A stretch of DNA of 64,000 bases from Nitrospirota bacterium. Lineage in GTDB: Bacteria > Nitrospirota > UBA9217. Below, in pieces: positions 10,073 through 19,645 of the stretch. Position numbers and translations under genes: made by a program. How positions within the stretch are numbered: the first letter of the stretch is position 1; each line of letters begins with the position of its first letter. Below the pieces are notes generated by a model. The model saw only the letters and a program-made list of their open reading frames with translations, had not been told where the DNA came from and ran no database searches. The stretch covers positions 8,953 through 72,952 of the forward strand of contig DASPSR010000061.1 in assembly GCA_035623825.1 (NCBI GenBank), in the 5' to 3' direction.

Positions 10073-10342
10073 ATGTGGAAAACCATCGGCGGCTTCGTGG
10101 TGAGCAATTTTGCAGAAGTTTTTGTAAAGGAGCTGGTAAAAGAGGTCACGAAAGCCAATAAGCCGGCACCGCAGCAGCAACGCAACACCGCTTCCGTTTC
10201 GAAGCCAACGAAAAACGATCCTCAGCAGCCCATAGCTTTTGCAAAGGGACAGGTCATGGTGCTCGAATGGGTGCCTACCTCGAAACAGGAGACTAACGAC
10301 CAGGACACCGAACAGGAGACAGGCCCTTCTGCTGGTGGTTAA
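10073..10342 (+). CDS. Small hypothetical protein
   Basis: ATG 10073 downstream of a strong promoter; amphipathic N-terminal helix, polar remainder. Confidence 0.5.
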   Translation: MWKTIGGFVVSNFAEVFVKELVKEVTKANKPAPQQQRNTASVSKPTKNDPQQPIAFAKGQVMVLEWVPTSKQETNDQDTEQETGPSAGG

Positions 10343-10355
10343 TAGTAACGAACAA

Positions 10356-10733
10356 TTATTTGACCGCGGCCCTCATAAAATCCATCAACGCTACAACCCC
10401 GACAATCGCGGTTCCATCTGTTACGAATACCCTCGCAATATTGTAGTTTTGCATCATGTTCATGAGTTGAGCAACATCCATATCTGTTTTCACGCAAATC
10501 ACCGGTTTGGTGGCAATATCGGCGACGCTGATGTTCATCGGGTCGATGTCCTTCGCAAGGACCTTATTGAATATATCGCGCACGGCCACGATCCCGAAAC
10601 TGTCCGAGTCGTTCCTAGGCTTGATCAGTACCGATCTGATCATTTTCTTCGTCATCAGCTTCATGACTTCGTTGACGCTTGTCTCTGCCGGTACGGACTC
10701 GATGGTTTTGTTCATCATTTCTCCAACCTTCAT
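10356..10733 (-). CDS. CBS-pair domain protein
   Basis: MKVGEMM...GIVAVRDI...VADIATKP...VGVVALMD; AGGAG RBS. Confidence 0.85.
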   Translation of the reverse strand: MKVGEMMNKTIESVPAETSVNEVMKLMTKKMIRSVLIKPRNDSDSFGIVAVRDIFNKVLAKDIDPMNISVADIATKPVICVKTDMDVAQLMNMMQNYNIARVFVTDGTAIVGVVALMDFMRAAVK

Positions 10734-11034
10734 GTGTATATCTCCTTGGGCCGGGGCGCAGGTGATGGACTATGAGAACCGGTAGAACGGCTTCGCGTGA
10801 TGTGCTGAGGTAACGGCCCAAACCGCAGCCCGCTGATCTATAGGTCATACACGCATTGAGGTAATCTTAACATAGGCATGAGTCTTCTGCAACAGGTTCT
10901 TCAGCGGACTTCCGAAGGATTGTTGTGAAGATAGAATATTGAACTATCCTCAGTGCATTCCGAATGTATGAGAGTGATGCTATAATCAGGCAGGTCTGCT
11001 CTGCAGAAATCAGCTGCCTGGACCGAGAGTAACT

Positions 11035-11733
11035 ATGGACTTCGCTTTTCCATTCAGTCTTGCCATAGCAAAGATACTGGCCTCAAACTTTGTCTCCAGA
11101 CGCATGAAGATCACGGCTGAATATGAGTCTGTGAGACGCATTCTCTCAATGTTCACTGCGCAGATCGTTAAAAGCGTTGTGAACGCTATACTCTTGCTGG
11201 TTGCCGTCTATGGCGCAGGTTTGATCTTCAATCGCAGAACAAGTGTTCTCGTAATTTGCTCAGTGTACATGGCATCGGTTATCGAGAGCCTGGTGCGGCT
11301 ATTTCGAGGACTACCCGACCTGTTTGCAATCGTCTTTATTCATCGATGCAGTCCACGCTCATTTATCAGAGCGAGAGTGCAGCGGGAGGTGTTCCAGCGA
11401 CTCGGCGAGGTTGATGCCCGGAGCTCTGTATTCAAGCGGCTGTTCAAACAAATCATGCTTCGTTCGAATGTAGAGATTGCGAGGGAGGTCGCGCAAAAGG
11501 CCACACCTGTTATCTGGGGCCGGGTGGTTGGTCGGTTCACGGCAACAGCAACCGCCCTTGTCGCATACATCGTCGTCTTTCGATTCTTAGTTGCACCTTA
11601 TCTTATTGCCGGACATACGAAGCTCACGGTATGGCAGGCGCTGCTCTATCCGGTTGCTTATGCGTCCGACCACTTCTTTGGTACTTCATTAGTTAAACAC
11701 GTTCACTCTATACGGTTTCGATTGTTCGGTTGA
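11035..11733 (+). CDS. Hypothetical membrane protein
   Basis: 232 aa with about 3-4 hydrophobic segments. Confidence 0.55.
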   Translation: MDFAFPFSLAIAKILASNFVSRRMKITAEYESVRRILSMFTAQIVKSVVNAILLLVAVYGAGLIFNRRTSVLVICSVYMASVIESLVRLFRGLPDLFAIVFIHRCSPRSFIRARVQREVFQRLGEVDARSSVFKRLFKQIMLRSNVEIAREVAQKATPVIWGRVVGRFTATATALVAYIVVFRFLVAPYLIAGHTKLTVWQALLYPVAYASDHFFGTSLVKHVHSIRFRLFG

Positions 11734-11836
11734 AATGACCGAATCAGCATGGAGGGTTGAGATGAATGGAGCCGGGGTAAGCCCCCGTAAAACGGCAAAT
11801 ATCGTCGGCGTACGTATGGTTTTGGTGTTTCCAGCT

Positions 11837-12538
11837 CTAGTAATGATTTGCTGAGCCGGATCCGCTGCGATCAAATCTTCCGTATTTTAGAAAGTGCGCG
11901 ACTTGCCTTATAACCAGAGGGCTCCTCATGATGAACGTGTGGGTGCTGGGTACTATTATATAATCACTCATCTCGGAGAGCAGGGTGCTATTAACCGAAA
12001 CCATTCCATCATCGGCTCCTTCCAAGAAGGCTGAGAACAGAAGGTTTATGCTTCTGTTGCCTGCGATTACACCCACCTCGATCTCGACCGGTTTCAGGCG
12101 GCGGACTACGGATTCGGTTCCCCTTCCGATCTCTTGTCCCGCCGGGCCAGTGATCCATTTGTAGAGGGGAACACGCAGAAGCAGATCGACAAGCTCGCTC
12201 CCCTGGTTAGGCGGGGAGAGCATAACGAGCCTGCTGCCCAAGGGCACTGAGTGACGCTGGAGGTACTGACGGACGATGATACCACCTAGAGAGTGGCCGA
12301 CAAAATGAATTTTCTCCGCTCCGTCGGCTTCACAGCTCTGCACAGCTCGTGCGAGATACGATTCTGCAACCGTCTCGATCGATTTGGTTGTTGAAGGATA
12401 GGCGAGGTTAATGGTCGCATAGCCGAGGTCTTTCAGCTGCTGCTCGAGCATGCGCATGGACTGTCTGAAGCGGCCCAGACCATGCAGGAGGATAACGCAC
12501 TCACTTGTGTTACCCACCGTTCGATTCTCCGAGTCCAC
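11837..12538 (-). CDS. Alpha/beta-hydrolase (lipase/esterase-like)
   Basis: LLHGLGR oxyanion motif, GHSLGG nucleophile elbow, DDGMV, late His (THTF). Confidence 0.85.
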   Translation of the reverse strand: MDSENRTVGNTSECVILLHGLGRFRQSMRMLEQQLKDLGYATINLAYPSTTKSIETVAESYLARAVQSCEADGAEKIHFVGHSLGGIIVRQYLQRHSVPLGSRLVMLSPPNQGSELVDLLLRVPLYKWITGPAGQEIGRGTESVVRRLKPVEIEVGVIAGNRSINLLFSAFLEGADDGMVSVNSTLLSEMSDYIIVPSTHTFIMRSPLVIRQVAHFLKYGRFDRSGSGSANHY

Positions 12539-12726
12539 GATATAAGACGCCCATACGTTAAGCCTCCCGCTCCATTATTATACATTGTTTTGTAATCTGG
12601 AGCTTCTCCAAAATTCTTGCAATTCATCCGCACTTAATGTACATTCAAAAGAGAGGGGACAACACCTTAAAGCCACTCAAGTCAACTCAAGGAAACCTTA
12701 CCATTACAAAAATAAGGAGGAGACCT

Positions 12727-13098
12727 ATGGGATATCTGGAAAGCATTAACTTGGACAAGATCAAGAAAGACCTGCAGGAAGGGCTGGAAAAGGGAATGGC
12801 GGCAATGAAGAAAGGCGTCATCGTCGCCCAGAAGAAGGCAGAGGAACTCACCGAAGAAGGAAAGCGGCAGTATAAAATATTAACACTCAAGACCAGGATT
12901 CATGAGGCGGTCAGCGATCTCGGCGCCAAGGCCTATGTCCTCATGAGCGGAACGAGGGCTAAAAACCCCGCCCTCGATGCTGGGGTGAAGGAAATCATGG
13001 CAAAGATCAAAGACCTCGAGCAACAGATGGCGGTACTCGAAGGTAAGGACATAACGGCGCAACCCAAAGCACGACCTAGGACCCGTAAAAAGAAATGA
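12727..13098 (+). CDS. Hypothetical alpha-helical/coiled-coil protein
   Basis: AAGGAGG RBS before ATG 12727; helical with a basic tail. Confidence 0.65.
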   Translation: MGYLESINLDKIKKDLQEGLEKGMAAMKKGVIVAQKKAEELTEEGKRQYKILTLKTRIHEAVSDLGAKAYVLMSGTRAKNPALDAGVKEIMAKIKDLEQQMAVLEGKDITAQPKARPRTRKKK

Positions 13099-13131
13099 AC
13101 CGCTTACTGCATCAATCATAATGCTATTAGC

Positions 13132-13177
13132 AAAGGGTGCTGCGTAGAATTCTTATTTCGCTGCACCCTTTTATTTT
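13132..13177. terminator. Putative bidirectional terminator between convergent genes
   Basis: AAAGGGTGC...GCACCCTTT inverted repeat with a T-rich 3' side. Confidence 0.55.
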
Positions 13178-13275
13178 CCTGGCGTGTCATATTCTAAATG
13201 GTATTAAATATGGAGATTTCTCATTGGGTCAGGCAACGGTGTGTGATACGAAGTGTATGTCATCCGCCCTGTCAT

Positions 13276-13551
13276 TTACGATTTAGAAATTTTCTTGTAG
13301 GTCTTGCAGCGGGGATATTGCGAGCACCTGAAGCGTGTAATTGATTGCTCATTTCTATATAGGTACATGGGGCTTCCGCATGTACTGCATAGCGGTCTAT
13401 CTTTAACTCTTGTGCGATTAGAATCTGTAAATTGCGTCCTGCAAACTAAACAGAGATAACGCTGTTTTCCGGTTCGTATTTTTCCATCACGGTTAACTGC
13501 CCCTGACCCACATTTTGGGCAGTTTATTTTATAGATAGTGTCCTTTGACAT
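13276..13551 (-). CDS. Double zinc-ribbon protein, copy 1 (InsA-like ribbon plus topoisomerase-C4-like ribbon)
   Basis: CPKC...GKQRYLCLVC then CSTC...FRCSQYPRC. Confidence 0.75.
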   Translation of the reverse strand: MSKDTIYKINCPKCGSGAVNRDGKIRTGKQRYLCLVCRTQFTDSNRTRVKDRPLCSTCGSPMYLYRNEQSITRFRCSQYPRCKTYKKISKS

Positions 13552-13681
13552 GACAGTATCATCAAACTATCTTATCACGGTATCGTGTCTGACAGGATGT
13601 TCCGGTGAAAGACTTTACACTTATTGTTTCATTGTGTGGCTTTGAATTAAAATCTTAAAAATTCCCTTATGAGTCTCGAAC

Positions 13682-13909
13682 TCAGCTGTGCTGTAGCCGC
13701 TCTTTAACGATCCTGCTGACGATGATTGGCAAGAAGATCCTGATTTTTGCGTCTTTTTTCAATACTTCCAGGATATCCCGGTATAACCCGCTTACTTCTT
13801 CAACAGAGATCCCTAGCTCCTGCGCGAGTTTCTGGATAGCACGTGCATGCTGACCATGATCCTTTTCATCTCCAATCGGACCAGCGTTCTTCACACTTTG
13901 TTCAGGCAT
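13682..13909 (-). CDS. DUF3562-like three-helix-bundle protein, copy 1
   Basis: HARAIQKLAQEL...LY...AKIRIFLPIIVSRIVKERL; GGAGG RBS. Confidence 0.65.
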   Translation of the reverse strand: MPEQSVKNAGPIGDEKDHGQHARAIQKLAQELGISVEEVSGLYRDILEVLKKDAKIRIFLPIIVSRIVKERLQHS

Positions 13910-14027
13910 TCATTCCTCCTGGCTCCCGTTGACAGGTCACTGCTGGGCACCTAGACTGCATTGGCAGTTTGTCTCTTGCGATTACTCAGCGGAAAATATA
14001 TACAACCCTTCAAGGGCATATATTTAC

Positions 14028-14060
14028 AGTATATCCGCGGAATGTTACAGTAATATTACA
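14028..14060 (-). promoter_or_regulatory. Pho-box-like promoter for the DUF3562/zinc-ribbon pair
   Basis: Minus strand TGTAATA-N4-TGTAACA-N9-TATACT. Confidence 0.6.
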
Positions 14061-14728
14061 TGATGCAAAAATATCCAAAAGGGCTATATTTAAGTATGTT
14101 GGATATTTGGGGCGGTGTTCAAGAAGATTCAACAAAAAAGGGGTTAATGCAGACAGTGTGCATTGCTTTAAGATATCACTGGGAAAAATTCGTCCTTTGA
14201 ACATACGACAGGAGAATCTATATGTAATGTGGAAATGGATACGTATTCTGTTTGAAGTTTGGATTTTTGTCAAAAAAGACAACAACATAGGCATGAGTTG
14301 CTGCAAATAATCCCTTTTTAACTGTCTCTCCTGTAAACTATGCACAACGAAAGTGACACAATCGGCAAATGAAGCTTTTTAGCTTTCTAAATTTATTTAA
14401 GAACTACAACATTGAAGAAATATATGTTTTTACTACCGTAGTTGATCATTGTCGATGGGATATCAATCCATTTTAATACCGCCCGCTTAAAACAGCAGTC
14501 AATTGAAGTTTATGTACCGCCAAGACCCCTTTGAAAATGCCAAAATATCCCAAAAAGGTTGGCTATATGACAAACTCATGGTATACTGATAAATTAGAAA
14601 CGCTAGCATAGCCCAGTCAAAACGAATGTGTTCCTGAAAGGTTGACGCTGTAGGTAAGTAATGAAAGATGCGGTAGACACTGATATTGTATGAAGATAAT
14701 ATAATTGAATTAGAAAGGAGATCATTGT

Positions 14729-15019
14729 ATGGCGCTCATCGAAGATGGTTTGAAAGGCAACCTCGCTACTGGACTGGCTATCGGTATTGGCGCAGCTATA
14801 TTGGCGCCGGTGGTAATTCCTCTGTTTTCCAATATCTCTAAACCATTGGCAAAAGCCGCAATAAAAGGAGGCATCCAGCTCTACGAACGCGGCAAGGAAG
14901 TCTTGGCTGAGGTCGTTGAAATTACTGAGGATATTGTCGCTGAAGCAAAGGCCGAACTGGCTGAGTCAACCGCTGCAGAAGCATCGGTGGCAGCCGAGGC
15001 AGCACTTCCGAAGAGTTAG
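14729..15019 (+). CDS. DUF5132-like small membrane protein (GxxxG, FezA-like architecture)
   Basis: TGLAIGIGAAILAP hydrophobic segment, KPLAKAAIKGG, EDIVAEAKAE; AAGGAG RBS. Confidence 0.8.
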   Translation: MALIEDGLKGNLATGLAIGIGAAILAPVVIPLFSNISKPLAKAAIKGGIQLYERGKEVLAEVVEITEDIVAEAKAELAESTAAEASVAAEAALPKS

Positions 15020-15537
15020 TGAGACATGTTATGATTCCTGATGCCGTCATTGCCCATGCATCAAGAGGGAGATTGCGCATCAAAATACCCTCTCAAAGGG
15101 GTAAACTGGTTGCGCTTAAGTCTTATGGTGACCAGTTTGCCTCATGTCCAGGTGTTCTCTCTATTGAGGTGAATCCGGCAACGGGCAGTATGCTCTTGAT
15201 ACACCAAACAACCTTGGCTGAAATTGCGGAATACGCACGGTCCAAGAACCTTTTTATCTTGAAAGAGCAGAAGAGTCCAAAAGAACCATCAGCAGGTCTT
15301 CGTGGCGATATTGGAAAGACGTTCAAGAGCCTTGATCGACAGATTCAGAGCCTTACGGATGGCGATCTGGACTTGAGCGGATTTACGTTTGCAGCATTAA
15401 TTGTAGCGGGCACAGCGCAAATTCTTTCAGGGAACGCAGGACCTATACCGTGGTTTGCCGCATACTGGTATGCGTTCCACCTTTACTCGAGGACACAAGA
15501 GGGGGAAAAGAAGCAGGGTCAACAGGACCGGGAGTAA
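15019..15537 (+). CDS. HMA2-domain membrane protein (FezC-like architecture)
   Basis: HASRGRLRIKI and VNPATGSMLL motifs; C-terminal hydrophobic segment with a PW motif. Start may be ATG 15031. Confidence 0.75.
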   Translation: MRHVMIPDAVIAHASRGRLRIKIPSQRGKLVALKSYGDQFASCPGVLSIEVNPATGSMLLIHQTTLAEIAEYARSKNLFILKEQKSPKEPSAGLRGDIGKTFKSLDRQIQSLTDGDLDLSGFTFAALIVAGTAQILSGNAGPIPWFAAYWYAFHLYSRTQEGEKKQGQQDRE

Positions 15538-15698
15538 CAGTAACGGGAGTCTTTCAGGTATATCCGCTTGCCAGTTAGCAAAGTAGTGAGCACCATACAA
15601 TTCTTTCCTTACTGAAAATCCGATCCCAATGGAATCAGAATTACCATAAAGCATAAGGGAGCATGTTATGTTTAGTGCACCTTAACAGGAGAAACGCC

Positions 15699-16421
15699 AT
15701 GAGTGACAGAAAAAAGAAAACTCCGATGATTCAGACCGAGAAGCAAAGTCCACGCAGCAGAGCGACAGAAGAGGCTCAGGCTGTCACTGCGAAAATGAAA
15801 GGAGAAACAGATATGGCCAGCGCAGAGACCACAGGCAGTAGAGTGTCCGCAGAAGAGATCGGCAAAGCAGGAACTACAGTGAAAGAGGGTGTCGTCAGTA
15901 GTCTCAAGGGGATAAACGAGATAGAGGCGGAGATCGTCAGCCTAGTCAGAAATACCGTATCCAATACCCTCCGAGCAACGGGCTCGGTCGCCGGCGAGGC
16001 TGTCGGCGTCACGAAGGACGTGATAAAGGGCGCCATTCAGGCCACGGAAGAGGTCGGCACAGGGCTCATCTTGAGCACCAAGAGCGTTGCAAAAGGGGTA
16101 GTGATGGGCGTGAGCGACGTGGGCGGCGATGTTATTTCCGTTGCGGGGTCTACCGTGAAGGGTGCCGTAAAGGGTGCGGCAGAGATCGGCGCGGATGTTG
16201 CCATGGTTGCGCGACGGGCAGTCGACGGTGTGATCGAGGCCACCAAGGAAGTGGGGGGGAACGCTGAAGAGGTTGCGAAAGTCGCCGTGAACGGCGCTAT
16301 TGATGCAGCATCTTCGATCGGCAATACGGCGGTCAAGGCGGTCAAGGACATGCTCGTAGGCGTTGTTGAAGGAGTGAAGGAAGTCGCCAGCACCGCATTA
16401 CCGAAGGCCAAGCAGGCCTGA
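15699..16421 (+). CDS. Ala/Gly/Val-rich amphipathic 22-mer repeat protein
   Basis: AGGAG RBS; the C-terminal 176 aa are eight 22-residue repeats. Confidence 0.8.
   Translation: MSDRKKKTPMIQTEKQSPRSRATEEAQAVTAKMKGETDMASAETTGSRVSAEEIGKAGTTVKEGVVSSLKGINEIEAEIVSLVRNTVSNTLRATGSVAGEAVGVTKDVIKGAIQATEEVGTGLILSTKSVAKGVVMGVSDVGGDVISVAGSTVKGAVKGAAEIGADVAMVARRAVDGVIEATKEVGGNAEEVAKVAVNGAIDAASSIGNTAVKAVKDMLVGVVEGVKEVASTALPKAKQA
15891..16418 (+). repeat. Eight degenerate tandem 66-bp (22-aa) coding repeats
   Basis: VVSSLKGINEIEAEIVSLVRNT / VSNTLRATGSVAGEAVGVTKDV / IKGAIQATEEVGTGLILSTKSV / AKGVVMGVSDVGGDVISVAGST / VKGAVKGAAEIGADVAMVARRA / VDGVIEATKEVGGNAEEVAKVA / VNGAIDAASSIGNTAVKAVKDM / LVGVVEGVKEVASTALPKAKQA. 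Confidence 0.8.
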
Positions 16422-16468
16422 CCACAACTCGTCTGTCGAACGATTTTCCTCAATTTCTAGATGGGGGG

Positions 16469-19400
16469 GTGCCTGTGGTCCAGGCCGTTCATACCTCTGT
16501 AAAAGGACGGGCCCGTTATAAGGTGGAGGGTCTGTATCGCTCGGAATCCCTGAAGCAGCAGATCGAGCAACATCTTGCGCAGCACAAATGGATCCTGAGC
16601 GTATCAGTCAATACACTGACGGGTACCGTCTTGGTGCTTTTCGATTCGCAGAACGGCAATCGTGCGTCATCGATAGCTTCTCTCCTTGAAACCCTAATCG
16701 AACGAAGCAACAGCAGCCTGCTTCCAGGGAAGGAAAGCCAGGCAACTGTTTCCCAGCATAGTGAAAGAAAGAATGCCGTTCGCTCAGAAGCCACTGCGGT
16801 CCCCCCCCGAACTCCCGCCGGCAAAGAAGTGCTAAGCCTGCATACCGTTCGTAAGCAAGTCTCCCATGCCGAGGAGCAAAAGGACGAAGCTTGGCATTGC
16901 ATGTCAAAGGGAGAGGTGCTTCAGAGATGGGGTACCTCAGCGTCAACAGGCCTATCCGAGGAATCAGTCCGTCTTCTATTCAACCAGTACGGTCCAAACC
17001 TTCTCCCAGAATCCGTTCCCCGCTCGGGATGGAGCATCTTTTTCGATCAGTTCAAGTCCCTGCCAGTGGCCATGCTCAGCGTATCCGCTGGCATTTCTGT
17101 TGCCACGGGCGGATTTGCCGATGCCGTGGTAATCATGGCTGTGGTCGTCATTAACGCATCGATAGGGTATGTCACCGAGAGCCAGACGGAGAGGACCATT
17201 CAAGGGCTGAAGAACCTCGTGCAGCCTTCCGCTATTGTGGTTCGCAGCGGGGTCATGTCGACCATCGATGCAAAGGATGTCGTGCCCGGCGACCTGCTTG
17301 TGTTAAGACCGGGAAGCTATGTCTCGGCGGACGCCCGTCTCATTGAGGCGAAATATCTGAGCATTGATGAGTCTGCGCTTACGGGCGAAAGCATGCCCGT
17401 CATAAAAATCACTGACAAACTGGAATTGGCGGACATGCCCCTTGCCGATCGGACGAATATGGTATATATGGGCACCCTGGTCACCGGAGGACAGGGTCTT
17501 GCCATCGTGGTGGCAACGGGGAAGTTCACCGAGGTCGGAAAGATCCAGACCCTGGTCGGAGAGGCGCGGCCGCCCGATACGCCCCTAGAACGGCAAATGG
17601 ACAGATTGGGAGTCCAGCTAGTCTATGTCACGTTGGGCGTATGCGGAATTGTTTTCATTGTCGGGATCCTAAGGGGTTACGGTTTTCTTCAGATGCTCAA
17701 GTCCTCCATCGCTCTTGCCGTGGCCGCCGTCCCGGAAGGACTGCCTACCGTTACAACGACGACCCTTGCGCTCGGCATCAGGCGCATGCGTGACCTTAAG
17801 GTGCTCATCCGTCACCTAGACGCCGTTGAAACACTTGGCTCGGTCGAGACCATCTGTCTCGATAAAACCGGCACCATCACCATGAACAGGATGTCGGTGG
17901 TCCAGGTCCATGCCGGCTCTCGCCGCTTTGATGTCGTTGACAGCAGGATCAGGTCGGATGGTAAGACGGTCAATCCCTATACGAATGAGGATATCCTCCG
18001 TCTGATTCACCTGTCCGTTCTCTGCAACGAATCGATGGTATCAGGCTGTGAAGGCGAGTATGTCGTTGAAGGTTCATCAACGGAGAACGCGCTCGTTCAT
18101 TTAGCGCTCGGTGCCGGAGTGGATGTCAATTCGTTGCGGGCTCAGCATCCCTTGATTAAGATGACCCATAGGTCGGAGGACCGGCATTACATGAGCACAC
18201 GTCACGGGTCGAATGACGGCGGCCAACTCCTGGCCCTCAAGGGAAGCCCCTCGGACGTGCTCTCGCTGAGCAAATGGTACATGAAGGATGGAAAGCAACT
18301 GGAGCTGGACGACACCGCCCGTGCTGTCTTCGAGGCCGAAAATGAGCGTATGGCCGCCGAGGCGCTGCGGGTGCTCGCCGTTGCGTTTGCAGTCAACGAT
18401 GGCGCCACGTTACGCACTGATGAGATTATCCAGCAAGGACTGATCCTGGTCGGGCTCATCGGGATGGCGGACGTGGTCAGGAGCGGCGTCAAGGATCTCA
18501 TCGATATGTTCCACCGAGCTGGGATCGATACGGTCATGATCACCGGGGACCAGAGCCCCACGGCATATGCAATCGGCAAGGAACTCAATTTGAGCAATGG
18601 GAAAGAACTCGAGATCCTGGACTCAAGCAATCTTGCCCGTATCGAACCCGATGTCATGAAGGCGCTTGCCGGACGTGTCCATGTTTTCGCTCGCGTCAGC
18701 CCAGCCAACAAGCTCCAGATCGTCCAGGCCCTCCAGTCGGCGGGTAAGGTCATAGGCATGACCGGCGACGGCATCAATGACGGACCGGCTCTGAAGGCGG
18801 CCGATATAGGTATCGCAATGGGACACACGGGCACTGATGTCGCGCGTGAGGTTGCTGATGTGGTCCTGGAAGATGACAATTTAGAGACCATGGTCGTGGC
18901 CATAAGCCAAGGGCGGACGTTCTACAATAATCTGAGAAAATCGGTCCGGTACATGATTTCCAAGAACACGGGCGAGATAATGATCATGTTCACGGCACTG
19001 GTGGCCGGTTTGGGACAGCCGTTCAACGTCATGCAACTGCTCTGGATTAACATGATATCGGACATCTTCCCCGGCCTCGCTCTTGCTCAGGAGCCGCCTG
19101 AGCCGGATGTTCTCCTGCGGCCCCCTCGCGATCCCGACGAACCGCTCATCAAGACCAGCGACTTCAAGAGACTGCTCTTTGAAGCGTCTACCATCTCGGC
19201 GGGGACCCTTGCTGCTTATGGCTACGGGGTTCTCCGCTACGGCCAGGGCCCCCAGGCAAGCACGATGGCCTTTACGAACTTTGTCACGGCAGGCCTCCTG
19301 CACGCGATCAGCAACCGCTCCGAGACCCACAGCATCTTTGACGCTGAACAGCTTGCACCGAACAAGTACCTCAATATTGCCCTGACGGGCTCACTGGGGC

Positions 19401-19618
19401 TGCAGGCCATGACCTTGATCATTCCGGGCCTCAGGAACTTCCTGGGGATGGGTGTGCTGGGACCCTTGGATCTGGTGGTGACCATGGGAACAGCCGTCGC
19501 GCCCCTGCTTATCAACGAAGCGACCAAAAAGGCTGCCGCTCCTCTGCCGTTGCTAAATGGCAGTGCGGCGGTCCCGGTTACCGCTCTGAATAACAGTCAA
19601 ATTGTCGCAGCTCTTTGA
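16469..19618 (+). CDS. P2A-type (Ca2+-ATPase-like) P-type ATPase with an N-terminal HMA2-like domain
   Basis: TGES, AVPEGLP, DKTGT, TGD, GDGINDGPALK, SKNTGE, QLLWINMISD; N-terminal HTSVKGRARYKV...VNTLTGTVLV. Confidence 0.92.
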   Translation: MPVVQAVHTSVKGRARYKVEGLYRSESLKQQIEQHLAQHKWILSVSVNTLTGTVLVLFDSQNGNRASSIASLLETLIERSNSSLLPGKESQATVSQHSERKNAVRSEATAVPPRTPAGKEVLSLHTVRKQVSHAEEQKDEAWHCMSKGEVLQRWGTSASTGLSEESVRLLFNQYGPNLLPESVPRSGWSIFFDQFKSLPVAMLSVSAGISVATGGFADAVVIMAVVVINASIGYVTESQTERTIQGLKNLVQPSAIVVRSGVMSTIDAKDVVPGDLLVLRPGSYVSADARLIEAKYLSIDESALTGESMPVIKITDKLELADMPLADRTNMVYMGTLVTGGQGLAIVVATGKFTEVGKIQTLVGEARPPDTPLERQMDRLGVQLVYVTLGVCGIVFIVGILRGYGFLQMLKSSIALAVAAVPEGLPTVTTTTLALGIRRMRDLKVLIRHLDAVETLGSVETICLDKTGTITMNRMSVVQVHAGSRRFDVVDSRIRSDGKTVNPYTNEDILRLIHLSVLCNESMVSGCEGEYVVEGSSTENALVHLALGAGVDVNSLRAQHPLIKMTHRSEDRHYMSTRHGSNDGGQLLALKGSPSDVLSLSKWYMKDGKQLELDDTARAVFEAENERMAAEALRVLAVAFAVNDGATLRTDEIIQQGLILVGLIGMADVVRSGVKDLIDMFHRAGIDTVMITGDQSPTAYAIGKELNLSNGKELEILDSSNLARIEPDVMKALAGRVHVFARVSPANKLQIVQALQSAGKVIGMTGDGINDGPALKAADIGIAMGHTGTDVAREVADVVLEDDNLETMVVAISQGRTFYNNLRKSVRYMISKNTGEIMIMFTALVAGLGQPFNVMQLLWINMISDIFPGLALAQEPPEPDVLLRPPRDPDEPLIKTSDFKRLLFEASTISAGTLAAYGYGVLRYGQGPQASTMAFTNFVTAGLLHAISNRSETHSIFDAEQLAPNKYLNIALTGSLGLQAMTLIIPGLRNFLGMGVLGPLDLVVTMGTAVAPLLINEATKKAAAPLPLLNGSAAVPVTALNNSQIVAAL

Positions 19619-19645
19619 GCGCGCGCAGCTCGCGGAGAGGTCCAC

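Noticed and set aside
13969-14345. Overlapping 113-aa and 111-aa ORFs
   Set aside because: Lie in the AT-rich divergent promoter region, overlap the Pho-box-like site and lack RBS or motifs.
14729-19618. Canonical ferrosome (fezB) operon or magnetosome island
   Set aside because: The ATPase has P2A motifs (PEGL, large C-terminal membrane domain), not P1B-6; no mamA/B/E/K/M/Q-like genes are present.
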